From assembly GCA_963819195.1 (NCBI GenBank), contig CAWFVL010000012.1, forward strand, positions 7,561 through 71,560: a DNA stretch of 64,000 bases, given 5' to 3'. The stretch is from an uncultured Gammaproteobacteria bacterium. GTDB taxonomy: Bacteria; Pseudomonadota; Gammaproteobacteria; Steroidobacterales; Steroidobacteraceae. Under the pieces are notes generated by a model, which worked only from the letters and a program-made list of their open reading frames with translations, did no database searches and had not been told where the DNA came from. The position numbers and the translations under genes were made by a program. Shown here piece by piece: positions 24,580-33,773 of the stretch; position 1 is the first letter of the stretch; each line of letters opens with the position of its first letter.

Positions 24580-24592
24580 TAAGCTATTGATA
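24580..24592 (-). promoter_or_regulatory. candidate IHF binding site
   Basis: The minus strand reads TATCAATAGCTTA, matching the WATCAANNNNTTR core. It lies in an AT-rich stretch between the sigma54 promoter and the upstream repeats. Confidence 0.45.
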
Positions 24593-24649
24593 GGTAGAAG
24601 GTTTTTCTGCCGATCCGGCGATTTGCCTTAATCTTTGACTAGGTCCGGC

Positions 24650-24682
24650 GACAGGGGTGACGCCCGGGGTCAGAAAGTGACA
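24650..24682 (-). promoter_or_regulatory. candidate PilR upstream activating sequence (four (T/C)G(T/A)C repeats)
   Basis: The minus strand carries TGTC, TGAC, CGTC and TGTC, spaced 10, 10 and 9 nt apart and 85-130 nt upstream of the -24/-12 element. This resembles the tandem N4-6(C/G)TGTC PilR sites described for P. aeruginosa pilA. Confidence 0.45.
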
Positions 24683-24702
24683 CTGCACGCCAGTCGCCGG
24701 GG

Positions 24703-26109
24703 TTATTCGATGCCCAGTTTCTTGACGCGATAACGCAGCGCGCGAAAGCTCATCCCCAGGAGCCGGGCCGCTGCGGTTTTGTTATAGCGCGTCTGCTCGA
24801 GCGCTTTGATGATGGCTTCGCGTTCCATGTGCTCGAGCTGATCACCCAGTGCCGGAATTGCCTCGGCGCTCGTCGGGATTGTCGTGTCCGTAACAGCCAC
24901 TTTAACCGCCTCGACGTCCGTGGGCAGGACTGGGTTTGGTCGCAATTGAAGATCCTCCGGCGCCACGACGCCGGATACGGACAGCGCGATCGCACGCTCG
25001 AGGATGTTTTCCAGTTCGCGCACGTTTCCCGGGAAGGCATAGTGCTGCAACGCGGCGCGCGCTGCGAAGCTGATTTCCGGCGCGGTTACGCCCAGTCGGC
25101 CCGACAGACGCCGCAGCACGGCGGTGGCTAGCTCCGGAATGTCGTCGGCGTGATGACGCAGAGCCGGCACGCGAATCTCGATGACGTTGATCCGGTAGTA
25201 CAGGTCCTCTCGAAAGCGGCCCTGCGAGACAAGCTCCGCCAACGACTTGTGGGTCGCGGACAGCACGCGCACGTCCGTGGGCATTTCGCGCTGCTCGCCA
25301 ACCGGTCGCACGGTCTTCTCCTGAATCACGCGCAGTAGCTTGACCTGCATGTGCAGCGGCAGGTCGGCTACCTCGTCGAGAAACAACGTGCCCCCTTCAG
25401 CACTCTGCAGCAGACCTTTCTTGTCTGAGACCGCACCAGTGAAGCTGCCGCGTTTATGGCCGAACAGCTCGCTTTCCATGAGTTCGGACGGGATGGCACC
25501 GCAGTTCACCGGGACAAAGGGCCCCTCCGCGCGCGCGCCGGTGTCATGAATCAATCGCGCGACCAGTTCCTTGCCCGTGCCCGATTCTCCCGTGATGTGC
25601 ACCGGGGCCTGGCTTCGCGAGACTCGCGCAATCAGCTCGCGTAAGGCGGCCATCTGGCTTGACTGGCCGAGCAGTCGCGGCGCAGTTGGCGATACAGATG
25701 GCTCGGCGGTCTCATCGACCGTAGCGCCTGGATTACGTCGGCCGAGCTTAATGGCAGTCGCGACCAGTTTGCGCAGCACGCCCAGATCCAGGGGCTTGGA
25801 AACAAAATCGAAGGCACCGAGTTTCAGCGCACGCACGGCCGACTCGACATTGCCATGCGCGGTGATCACGGCGACCGGGGTATCCGGGTGCCGCTCCTGT
25901 ATGTATGCCACCAGATCAAGTCCATCGCCGTCGGGCAGACGCATATCGGTCAGACACAGGGCGAAGCGCTGCGCGGCCAGCAGCGCACGGGCACCCGCCA
26001 GATCAGTGGCGGACGCCGTGGCCAGGTTCATGCGCGCGAGCGTGAGGGACACCAGCTCGATCAGGTCCGGCTCGTCGTCGACGATCAGTACAACGGGCGT
26101 TGGCGCCAT
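24703..26109 (-). CDS. pilR: sigma54-dependent response regulator PilR
   Basis: 468 aa with receiver domain (VDDEPD...DMRLPDGDG), AAA+ sigma54-interaction domain (GESGTGKE, GSFTGA, ESELFGH) and a C-terminal HTH. Confidence 0.92.
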   Translation of the reverse strand: MAPTPVVLIVDDEPDLIELVSLTLARMNLATASATDLAGARALLAAQRFALCLTDMRLPDGDGLDLVAYIQERHPDTPVAVITAHGNVESAVRALKLGAFDFVSKPLDLGVLRKLVATAIKLGRRNPGATVDETAEPSVSPTAPRLLGQSSQMAALRELIARVSRSQAPVHITGESGTGKELVARLIHDTGARAEGPFVPVNCGAIPSELMESELFGHKRGSFTGAVSDKKGLLQSAEGGTLFLDEVADLPLHMQVKLLRVIQEKTVRPVGEQREMPTDVRVLSATHKSLAELVSQGRFREDLYYRINVIEIRVPALRHHADDIPELATAVLRRLSGRLGVTAPEISFAARAALQHYAFPGNVRELENILERAIALSVSGVVAPEDLQLRPNPVLPTDVEAVKVAVTDTTIPTSAEAIPALGDQLEHMEREAIIKALEQTRYNKTAAARLLGMSFRALRYRVKKLGIE

Positions 26110-26135
26110 CTGCTCACTATGTCGGTGTGTAGTTA

Positions 26136-27839
26136 CTAGGAATATAGGTCATGCCAGCGCTTCGGGTCTGCGAATACGATCCTGAATATGCTGCCGCCGC
26201 CCTCGCGCGCCTCATAAAGAAGGGTGGCGCCGTTGGCAGCGGAAAGTTCGCGGGCGAGAAAAAGTCCGAGGCCGGTTCCACGCTGTGCGCGCGTGAAAAA
26301 CGGCTCGAATATGCGTTCGGCATCCGCCGCGGTAATGCCCGGTCCGCGGTCCGCGACCTGGAGATAGGGACGACCCACGCCACCCAGCCGGCCGAATCGC
26401 AACAGCATCCCGGCGTCACTGCCGTTGGGCAGCGCGTGCGTCACCGCGTTCTGGCACAGGTTCCATACAATCTGGTGCAGCTGGCTGCCGTCGATGCGCA
26501 CCTGCACGTCTTCGGCAGCCCCGTCGATCATCAGCTGCTGTTCCGGCATCTGCACAGTGGCGCAAAATTCCTCACGGAATCGCGCCACCCACGCCGCCAA
26601 CGACAGCTGTTCCGGTCTAGGTGCCTCCCGACGCGAGAGCTGCAGGATGTTGTCGATGATGCCGCTGACGCGGGTCGAATTCGTCTGCATGATTTGGGTC
26701 AGCCGCCGATCCTCCTCGCTGAGCGCAGGTGATTCGGCCAGTAACTGGGCCGCGTGACTCATGGCGCCCACCGGGTTGCGGATCTCATGAGCGATGCTGG
26801 CGGAAAGGCGTCCGAGGGCTGCCAGCTTGGTCTGCTGCACCTTGGCGGCGATCTCGCCGGTGTCCTCCAGAAATACGATCACCGGGGAAGGATTGGTGTC
26901 TCCCAGTGGGGCAAAGTGGGGTCTGATCAGGCGCGCGCCGTCGGCAGCCAGCATGGTTTGCGAGTCCCCGTCCGGCTCCATCAGATCATCGGTGCGCCAA
27001 GTCGATAGCAGGTAAAGAAGCCGCGGGCTGACCTCACCGAGCAGCGCGCCGGGGACCGCGTTGGCCTCACCCAGAACTTGTGCCGCAGATTCGTTGATGA
27101 GGCGGATGTAATCGTCCGGATCCACCACCAGAATGCTCTCGCGCAGGTGCTGCACGATGTATTGCGAGACCTGCGCCAGATTCGCCAGGTCGAGCGCCGC
27201 GCGCCGTACCAGGGCTTCGCTCTCGCGCAGACGCGCGGAAACGGGCCATGCCAGCAGCGCAACCAGGAATATCACCCCGCCTTGCATACCGGCGAGCGGG
27301 TAGTCCGTGGTCGGCGCGCTGCCGAACGCCGCTGAAAAGATCTGCTGCACCAGGATGGCGAGCGCCGCGATGGCCGCATTGGCAAAGGCAGTGCGGCCTT
27401 CGGCCAGCAGCGCCATGGCACCTACCGGTATGACCAGCAGGATTCCCAGGCCGCTGCCCGCTCCGCCGCTGCAATAGAGCAGCACCGCAACCGCGGTCGA
27501 GTCGAGCAGGGTGTGTGCGACCACCATGATGCGCCGGCTGGGCCAGTGGCCACGACCACCGAATGCGAACAACCCACCCAGCACCCAATAGACGACACAC
27601 ACGATTTGAAAGAGCTGCGGGTTGGTACCGCCCACACTGGGACTGGGTCGGGTAAAAAGGTAGACGGTGAACAGCACCGGCGGCAGCAGCAGGCGGTACA
27701 GATTCGCGAGCGCAACGACGCGCCACACCAGATCGAGCGAGGCCGCGTCCTGCGCGACACCGGTCTGAATAGGTGGGGGGCGAATAAGAGGCGTCGCCGG
27801 GGTGGGGGACGCGACGGTCTGCGGAGGCGCTGCGCTCAT
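26136..27839 (-). CDS. pilS: sensor histidine kinase PilS
   Basis: 567 aa with a multi-TM N-terminus, PAS-like linker, H-box SIAHEIRNP and HATPase motifs (DRGPGI, GTGLGL). Directly upstream of pilR. Confidence 0.9.
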   Translation of the reverse strand: MSAAPPQTVASPTPATPLIRPPPIQTGVAQDAASLDLVWRVVALANLYRLLLPPVLFTVYLFTRPSPSVGGTNPQLFQIVCVVYWVLGGLFAFGGRGHWPSRRIMVVAHTLLDSTAVAVLLYCSGGAGSGLGILLVIPVGAMALLAEGRTAFANAAIAALAILVQQIFSAAFGSAPTTDYPLAGMQGGVIFLVALLAWPVSARLRESEALVRRAALDLANLAQVSQYIVQHLRESILVVDPDDYIRLINESAAQVLGEANAVPGALLGEVSPRLLYLLSTWRTDDLMEPDGDSQTMLAADGARLIRPHFAPLGDTNPSPVIVFLEDTGEIAAKVQQTKLAALGRLSASIAHEIRNPVGAMSHAAQLLAESPALSEEDRRLTQIMQTNSTRVSGIIDNILQLSRREAPRPEQLSLAAWVARFREEFCATVQMPEQQLMIDGAAEDVQVRIDGSQLHQIVWNLCQNAVTHALPNGSDAGMLLRFGRLGGVGRPYLQVADRGPGITAADAERIFEPFFTRAQRGTGLGLFLARELSAANGATLLYEAREGGGSIFRIVFADPKRWHDLYS

Positions 27840-27951
27840 GAAAAGTCGTTAATCTCGAATTGAAACTGTGGCGGCGGGCCGCACTCTATAGTGCAGTTCA
27901 GGCCTAATTCAGTCCGGGGCTGTCAACCTTCCAAAGGGCTGGGTCGTTTCA

Positions 27952-28503
27952 ATGAAGCATATGCGTACTCCATTACTTAATCTGCGGACCGGGTCCGCTT
28001 TGGCGCTCTCGGCGCTCCTGCTCGGCTGTGTTGCTCCCCCGCCACCCCGAGCGGTCGTCCAGGCTCAGCCCCCGCCGCCGCCCATCATGGTCTATCCGGC
28101 CAGGGGCCAGTCCCCGGATCAGCTCGAGCGTGATCGTTATGATTGCCATGTCTGGGCGGTGCAGCAGTCAGGCTACGACCCCAGCCGGCCCGGCTTGCAG
28201 CCTGGTCAGAGGGTGGTCGTAGAGCCCGCCGCCCCGCCCGGCGCCGGTACGGCCGTTGGCGCCATCGCCGGCGCGATACTCGGCGCGGCCATTGCAGGTC
28301 CCCGCGATGCGGGTGCCGGGCTGGTGCTGGGTGGCATCACCGGGGCCGTCGTCGGCTCGGCCAGCGATGCGAATTCCCAGGCACAGGCCAATGCGGAGCA
28401 GGCTCGACTCGATCGCAACGCTGCCGGTGTGTCGCAGGGCGCCGCGAACTATCGGCGCGCCATCAGTGCCTGTCTGGATGCTCGCGGCTATACCACCGCC
28501 TGA
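27952..28503 (+). CDS. lipoprotein with glycine-zipper segment and conserved two-Cys module
   Basis: 183 aa with signal peptide and lipobox LLLGC, a Pro-rich linker, and a Gly-zipper (GAIAGAILGAAIAG...GGITGAVVG). Carries the DRYDCHVWA and ACLDARGY motifs shared with the next gene. Confidence 0.75.
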   Translation: MKHMRTPLLNLRTGSALALSALLLGCVAPPPPRAVVQAQPPPPPIMVYPARGQSPDQLERDRYDCHVWAVQQSGYDPSRPGLQPGQRVVVEPAAPPGAGTAVGAIAGAILGAAIAGPRDAGAGLVLGGITGAVVGSASDANSQAQANAEQARLDRNAAGVSQGAANYRRAISACLDARGYTTA

Positions 28504-28533
28504 GCGTCTTCGCGTTTGAGGAGCGCTATTTAA

Positions 28534-29247
28534 ATGAAGGTAAATCGGACTACTCGGAAGTGGATCGTCATTTCGGGACTGTGGATGCTCGCTCTGGCGG
28601 GTATTGCGACGAGTTTTGCAGACGATCGCGGGCGTCCTAACGCCCAGTTCGCTCGCGATGGGCACGGCCAGGTGCTCGATAATCGCTATGGTCACGGACA
28701 CTACTATCCGCCGCGCGGTCAGGTTTTCCGGACGCTGCCGGGTGGTTATAGGCCCTACGTGTACGGCGGCAGCCGCTTCTATTTCAATGCGGGTATCTGG
28801 TATGCGCCTGGGCCCTACGGTTTCGTCGTCACGCGTCCCCCGATCGGGCTCTATGTAACAGCGTTGCCGCCGTTCTACTCGACTGTATGGTTCGGCGGTG
28901 TGCCGTACTACTACGCCGATGACGTCTACTATCAGTGGCGCCCGGACATGAATGAGTACGTGGTGGCTCCGCCCCCGGCCGGTGCCGATGAACCGGGCGC
29001 GGCGCCCCCTGCGCAGCCCCCTCCGGGCGGCGATGACTTCTTCGTCTACCCGCGCAACGGACAGGCACCGGAGCAGCAATCTGCGGATCGGTATGAATGC
29101 CACAGCTGGGCAAAGGGCCAGACCGGTTTCGACCCCACCCAGTCCGGCGGCGGTCCACCTCAGGCTGGCTCGCCTGCGGGCAACCGCGACCAGTACCAGC
29201 GCGCTCTCACGGCGTGTCTCGAGGCGCGCGGATACAGCGTCAAGTGA
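28534..29247 (+). CDS. secreted Tyr/Pro/Gly-rich protein with the same two-Cys module
   Basis: 237 aa with Sec signal peptide (…ATSFA|DD). The aromatic-rich N-terminal half includes VPYYYADDVYYQW. The C-terminal half carries DRYECHSWA ... ACLEARGY. Confidence 0.75.
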   Translation: MKVNRTTRKWIVISGLWMLALAGIATSFADDRGRPNAQFARDGHGQVLDNRYGHGHYYPPRGQVFRTLPGGYRPYVYGGSRFYFNAGIWYAPGPYGFVVTRPPIGLYVTALPPFYSTVWFGGVPYYYADDVYYQWRPDMNEYVVAPPPAGADEPGAAPPAQPPPGGDDFFVYPRNGQAPEQQSADRYECHSWAKGQTGFDPTQSGGGPPQAGSPAGNRDQYQRALTACLEARGYSVK

Positions 29248-29404
29248 AGTAGTCAATCAGGGCAGCCCGCTCGCGAGCCGATGGCGAGCGTTAAAGTGTG
29301 ATGACTTTCACTTCGGATTAGAATATCGGGATCCAAGCATTCGAAGATTCTGTACCATCTCGTTCGGGATTGCGGTCGTGCGATCGAGATAAACGCGAAA
29401 ACGA

Positions 29405-31303
29405 ATGTCAGTGCTTCAATGGTTCAGCGCAAGCCAGGCGGCAGCAGCAGGCGCGTCGCTGGCCGACGAACTCGAGCCGAAAGCCACGGCCACACTTATG
29501 GTGGAAGGCGGAAAGGACCTAGCCGGCGCTTTGAAAGGTTTCCTCGAGCGAGCGGAGCGAACTGTCCGCGTGCTGGAATTGAACTTCTACAAGCGCGCCA
29601 AACTCGCTAATTCCTTCAAGTGGCGGCTTCTGGAAAGAGGCGTCGATAAGCAGGTGGCCGATGCAATCACCGATGCCCTGGTGATGCATTTGCTCACGAA
29701 TTCCAATGGCGCGGCAGCCGTTCCCGAATCCCAAGACGTCGATGCCGAACACGGCGGCTCGGGGAGCACCAGGCAGCTTCTTGTGCGGGGGAACGCTTGC
29801 TTTGCCCGTGGAGAGTATGCGGAGGCGTTGAGTCTGTATGAGAAGCTGGCCGAGCTGAAGCCGCGCAACGCCGATGCGCTGAACAACATCGGAGCAACGC
29901 TGTGCAAACTCAATCGGTTCTACGAGGCGGAAGACTATCTGCGACGCGCCATCAAGTTGCGACCGGAGTTTCCCGATGCACTGTACAGCCTGGCCGTCAT
30001 TCGGCAGTGGAAGGGGCTGTATCCGGAAGCCGAGGGAACGCTGCGCAGGCTTCTCAAGATTAAACCCAGCCATGCGGATGCGCGCAGCCTTCTGGGCGTG
30101 ACACTCGCCTTCCAGGGACGCCTCCGCGAAGCGGAGATTCAATGTGGCAAGGCGCTGAAGATCGCTCCCAAGAACACCGATGCGATGGCCGGCATGGGCG
30201 AAGTCGCCAGGATGGACGGCCATTTCGCCGACGCCGAGTCCTGGTTCAGGCGCGCGCTGGCAATCGATCCGAGCATGCCCGGCGTCTGGGCGGCGTTAGC
30301 CATGCTTCGGAAAATGAGCGTCTCCGATGGTCCCTGGTTCACGCGAGCATTGGAGATCGCCGACAGCGGGATCCCGCCAACCGAGGAAGCTGCGCTTCGA
30401 TTCTCGATCGGAAAGTATCACGACGACCTCGGCCAATATGCCCGCGCATTTGCCAGCTATCAGCAGGCCAATGATCTTGCCAGGAGCATTTCCGAACCCT
30501 ACCGTCGCGAGGCGCATGAGCACTTCGTTGACGACATGATCCGGGTCCAAACTCGCGAAAGCATCATGGCACTGCCAAATACCGGTTCAGATTCGCGACG
30601 GCCTGTGTTCGTCGTCGGCATGCTGCGTTCCGGCTCGACGCTCGCTGAGCAGATCATCGCCTCTCACCCGGCGGTCACGGGCGCGGGGGAACTCGGATTC
30701 TGGAGTAACGCGGGCCGCAAGCACGAAGCTGCAATACGTAGCGGGCCGATCGACGGGGCGTTGAGGACCAAACTTGCTGAAGACTATCTGCGGGTGCTGG
30801 CGGAGCAATCGGGCGATGCTGTGCACGTTGTCGATAAGGCGCTCGTAAACGCGGACTACCTGGGTCTGATTCACTCGGTATTCCCCAACGCGCGCATCGT
30901 CTATATGAGGCGCAATCCAATCGATACCTGCCTTTCCTGCTACTTCCAGCAATTCAGTCCCGCGCTTGCCTACAGCCTCGACCTATCCGATCTGGCGCAT
31001 TACTACCAACAGCATCATCGGCTCATGGGCCATTGGCGCCAGGTGTTGCCGCCCGGTTCCATTCTGGATGTCCCCTACGAGGGATTGGTTGCGGATCAGG
31101 CCGCCTGGACCGCCAGAATCCTGGAGTTCATCGGTCTGCCGTGGGATGACCGTTGCCTGGACTTTCACAAGACCGATCGCGGCGTAGCGACTGCCAGTAC
31201 CTGGCAGGTACGCCAGAAGATCTACGACACTTCCGTGCAACGCTGGCGGCATTACGAGAAATTCATCGGACCGCTGGCACGCCTCCAGGATTTGGGCGGC
31301 TGA
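29405..31303 (+). CDS. TPR-repeat protein fused to a sulfotransferase domain
   Basis: 632 aa. The central part has several 34-aa TPR units (e.g. AEALSLYEKLAELKPRNADALNNIGATL). The C-terminal domain has a PAPS 5'-PSB-like motif VVGMLRSGSTLAEQI and a 3'-PB-like motif RIVYMRRNPIDT. No signal peptide. Confidence 0.8.
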   Translation: MSVLQWFSASQAAAAGASLADELEPKATATLMVEGGKDLAGALKGFLERAERTVRVLELNFYKRAKLANSFKWRLLERGVDKQVADAITDALVMHLLTNSNGAAAVPESQDVDAEHGGSGSTRQLLVRGNACFARGEYAEALSLYEKLAELKPRNADALNNIGATLCKLNRFYEAEDYLRRAIKLRPEFPDALYSLAVIRQWKGLYPEAEGTLRRLLKIKPSHADARSLLGVTLAFQGRLREAEIQCGKALKIAPKNTDAMAGMGEVARMDGHFADAESWFRRALAIDPSMPGVWAALAMLRKMSVSDGPWFTRALEIADSGIPPTEEAALRFSIGKYHDDLGQYARAFASYQQANDLARSISEPYRREAHEHFVDDMIRVQTRESIMALPNTGSDSRRPVFVVGMLRSGSTLAEQIIASHPAVTGAGELGFWSNAGRKHEAAIRSGPIDGALRTKLAEDYLRVLAEQSGDAVHVVDKALVNADYLGLIHSVFPNARIVYMRRNPIDTCLSCYFQQFSPALAYSLDLSDLAHYYQQHHRLMGHWRQVLPPGSILDVPYEGLVADQAAWTARILEFIGLPWDDRCLDFHKTDRGVATASTWQVRQKIYDTSVQRWRHYEKFIGPLARLQDLGG

Positions 31304-31424
31304 TCGCAAAAGAATTTGCCGCTGCTCTGCGTCGTTTCGACCCGGGCGCCGTTTTCGATAGACGAAGCCGCGAAGGCGATGCCATGATATTCATCAATAA
31401 CACCCTGCCTCTGGATGATCGCGG

Positions 31425-32594
31425 ATGAATCTGCACGAGTATCAGTCGAAGAAAATCCTGGCAAGCTACGGCGTGCCCGTGCCCGAAGGGCGCGTCGCCG
31501 ATAGCGCCGACGAGGCGCTCGCGGCAGCGCAGGCTCTGGGCGGCAAGGTCTGGGTCGTCAAGGCGCAGGTGCATGCGGGCGGTCGGGGCAAGGCAGGTGG
31601 CGTCAAAGTGGTGCGCGACACAGGTGCGGTGCGCACCGCCGCGGCCGCAATGCTGGGCCAGCGACTCATCACCAAGCAGACCGGCGCCGCAGGATTGCCG
31701 ATCGAACACGTATATGTCGAAGCAGGCTCCGAGATCGATCGTGAGCTGTATCTGAGCCTGACGCTCAATCGGGAACGAAGCCGCATTGCGGTCGTCGCCT
31801 CGGCCGCGGGCGGGATGGATATCGAAGAGGTCGCGGAGCACACCCCGGAGCGTATTCTGTCGACCACCGTGCATCCGGCCACTGGATTGCAGCCCTTCGA
31901 GTGCAAGCAGCTCGCCTTCGGCATCGGCCTCAAGGGCAAGCAGATCGAGCAATTCCAGGCCATCGTGCTGGCGCTGTACCGGCTCTACCAGGAGCGCGAT
32001 GCGAGCCTGATCGAGATCAACCCGCTGATTGTTACCAAGAGTGGTGCGCTCGTGGCACTCGACTGCAAGCTCGACATCGATGCGAACGCGCTGTTTCGCC
32101 AGAAGGAGATGGCGGTGCTGCGCGATGCCGGACAGGAAGACCCGATGGAGCGTCGCGCCAGCGAGCACGATCTGAACTATGTGTCGCTCGATGGCGATAT
32201 TGCCTGCATGGTCAATGGCGCCGGACTCGCCATGGCGACCATGGACCTGATCAAATTGCACGGCGGCAAGCCGGCCAATTTCCTGGATGTAGGCGGCGGT
32301 GCGACCAGCGAACGTGTCACCGCGGCCTTCGAACTCATACTCTCCAACGCCAACGTCCGGGCAATCCTGGTGAATATATTTGGCGGCATCGTGCGCTGCG
32401 ACCTGATTGCCGACGGCATCGTCAATGCCGTCAAGAACGTGGGCGTCGATGTGCCGGTCGTGGTTCGTCTCGAGGGCACCAACGCGGAAGTAGCACGCGA
32501 ACGGCTCGCGCAGAGCGGGCTCGCGATCATTGCTGCCGCCGATCTCACCGACGCGGCGAAAAAGGTGGTGGCCGCAGCGAGGACTTCCCGATGA
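31425..32594 (+). CDS. sucC: succinate--CoA ligase (ADP-forming) subunit beta
   Basis: 389 aa. [20 protein letters not shown] is a canonical SucC N-terminus. Confidence 0.96.
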   Translation: MNLHEYQSKKILASYGVPVPEGRVADSADEALAAAQALGGKVWVVKAQVHAGGRGKAGGVKVVRDTGAVRTAAAAMLGQRLITKQTGAAGLPIEHVYVEAGSEIDRELYLSLTLNRERSRIAVVASAAGGMDIEEVAEHTPERILSTTVHPATGLQPFECKQLAFGIGLKGKQIEQFQAIVLALYRLYQERDASLIEINPLIVTKSGALVALDCKLDIDANALFRQKEMAVLRDAGQEDPMERRASEHDLNYVSLDGDIACMVNGAGLAMATMDLIKLHGGKPANFLDVGGGATSERVTAAFELILSNANVRAILVNIFGGIVRCDLIADGIVNAVKNVGVDVPVVVRLEGTNAEVARERLAQSGLAIIAAADLTDAAKKVVAAARTSR

Positions 32595-33736
32595 GCGTCC
32601 TGGTCAACGCCCGCACCAAAGTGATCTGCCAGGGCTTCACCGGCAAGCAGGGTACCTTTCACTCCGAGCAGTGCCTCGCCTACGGCACCAAGCTCGTTGG
32701 TGGAGTCACGCCCGGGCGCGGTGGCGAGCGTCATCTTGAGCTGCCGGTGTTCGATACCGTGCGCGATGCGGTGAACGCAACCGGCGCAACCGCCAGCATG
32801 ATTTATGTCCCCGCCGCCTACGCGGCCGACTCCATCCTCGAAGCCATCGATGCCGGTATCGAACTGGTGGTCTGTATCACAGAAGGTCTGCCGGTCAACG
32901 ACATGGTGAAGGTGAAGGCGGCGCTGAGCGGCTCGCCGACACGCCTGATTGGTCCAAATTGCCCGGGGATCATTACTCCCGGGGAATGCAAGATCGGCAT
33001 CATGCCCGGGTTCATTCACAAGAAGGGCGCCGTGGGCATCGTCTCGCGTTCGGGCACGCTCACTTACGAGGCGGTGTTTCAGACCACCAATGAGGGGCTC
33101 GGGCAGAGCACCTGCGTGGGCATCGGTGGCGATCCGGTTCGCGGTATGAATTTCATCGACGTCATTGAACTGTTCGAACGCGACCCTCAGACCGAGGGCA
33201 TCATTATGGTCGGCGAGATCGGCGGCAGCGACGAAGAGGCCGCGGCGAATCACATCCGGCAGTACGTCACCAAGCCCGTCGTCGCCTACATCGCCGGCGT
33301 TACGGCGCCAGCGGGCAAGCGCATGGGTCACGCCGGCGCGGTCATCGCGGGAGGCAAGGGCACGGCAGCGGATAAGTACCGCGCGCTCGAGGCAGCTGGT
33401 GTGCGCACGGTCAAGTCGCCGGCGGAGCTGGGGAGCGCCATGTCGCAGCTGTTGTCCAGGCGTCGTGCGACCCTCGCGAGGCGCAAGACGACACTCGAAC
33501 CGGCGGCTGCCGCCAGAACAGCGGCCCCCGCGAAGCGCAAGGCGCCCACAAAGCGCAAGGCGCCCACAAAGCGCAAGGCGCCGGCGAAGCGCACCGCACC
33601 GCCAAAACGCACTACACCAGCGAAGCGCAATGCCACGGCAAAGCGCACAGCACCGGCGAAACGCACCACGGCGAATCGAGCGCGGCCGGTGCGGCGCGCC
33701 GGCGGCCAGAAGCGTAAGTCGGCGAGGCATCGTTGA
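32591..33736 (+). CDS. sucD: succinate--CoA ligase subunit alpha with about 93-aa basic repeat C-terminal extension
   Basis: ATG at 32591 (ATGA overlap with sucC). Core of about 288 aa has [12 protein letters not shown] and catalytic MGHAGAVI. The frame then continues through ...[33 protein letters not shown]... to the stop at 33736. Confidence 0.9.
   Translation: MSVLVNARTKVICQGFTGKQGTFHSEQCLAYGTKLVGGVTPGRGGERHLELPVFDTVRDAVNATGATASMIYVPAAYAADSILEAIDAGIELVVCITEGLPVNDMVKVKAALSGSPTRLIGPNCPGIITPGECKIGIMPGFIHKKGAVGIVSRSGTLTYEAVFQTTNEGLGQSTCVGIGGDPVRGMNFIDVIELFERDPQTEGIIMVGEIGGSDEEAAANHIRQYVTKPVVAYIAGVTAPAGKRMGHAGAVIAGGKGTAADKYRALEAAGVRTVKSPAELGSAMSQLLSRRRATLARRKTTLEPAAAARTAAPAKRKAPTKRKAPTKRKAPAKRTAPPKRTTPAKRNATAKRTAPAKRTTANRARPVRRAGGQKRKSARHR
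33533..33586. repeat. 18-bp tandem repeat (AAGCGCAAGGCGCCCACA x2 perfect plus 1 degenerate), followed by more degenerate copies
   Basis: Direct reading: units at 33533-33550 and 33551-33568 are identical. The unit at 33569-33586 differs at its 3' end. It encodes KRKAPT repeats in the sucD tail. Confidence 0.85.
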
Positions 33737-33773
33737 GCGACGCGGAGCAACCCGGACCGCGCCTGGAGCGCCG

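Noticed and set aside
29268-29290. Hairpin CGCTCGC-N9-GCGAGCG after the Tyr-rich protein gene as a terminator.
   Set aside because: It is followed only by TTAAAG with no T-tract. It is not annotated as a terminator, but it is mentioned as a caveat for the sulfation-operon idea.
31901-32590. N-terminal extension of the sucD track ORF (611 aa) and, similarly, 33165..33773 for nadE (746 aa).
   Set aside because: Both extensions overlap the preceding genes (sucC, sucD tail) out of frame and lack homology. Canonical N-termini begin at 32591 ([18 protein letters not shown]) and at about 33774 (…LKIALAQVN).
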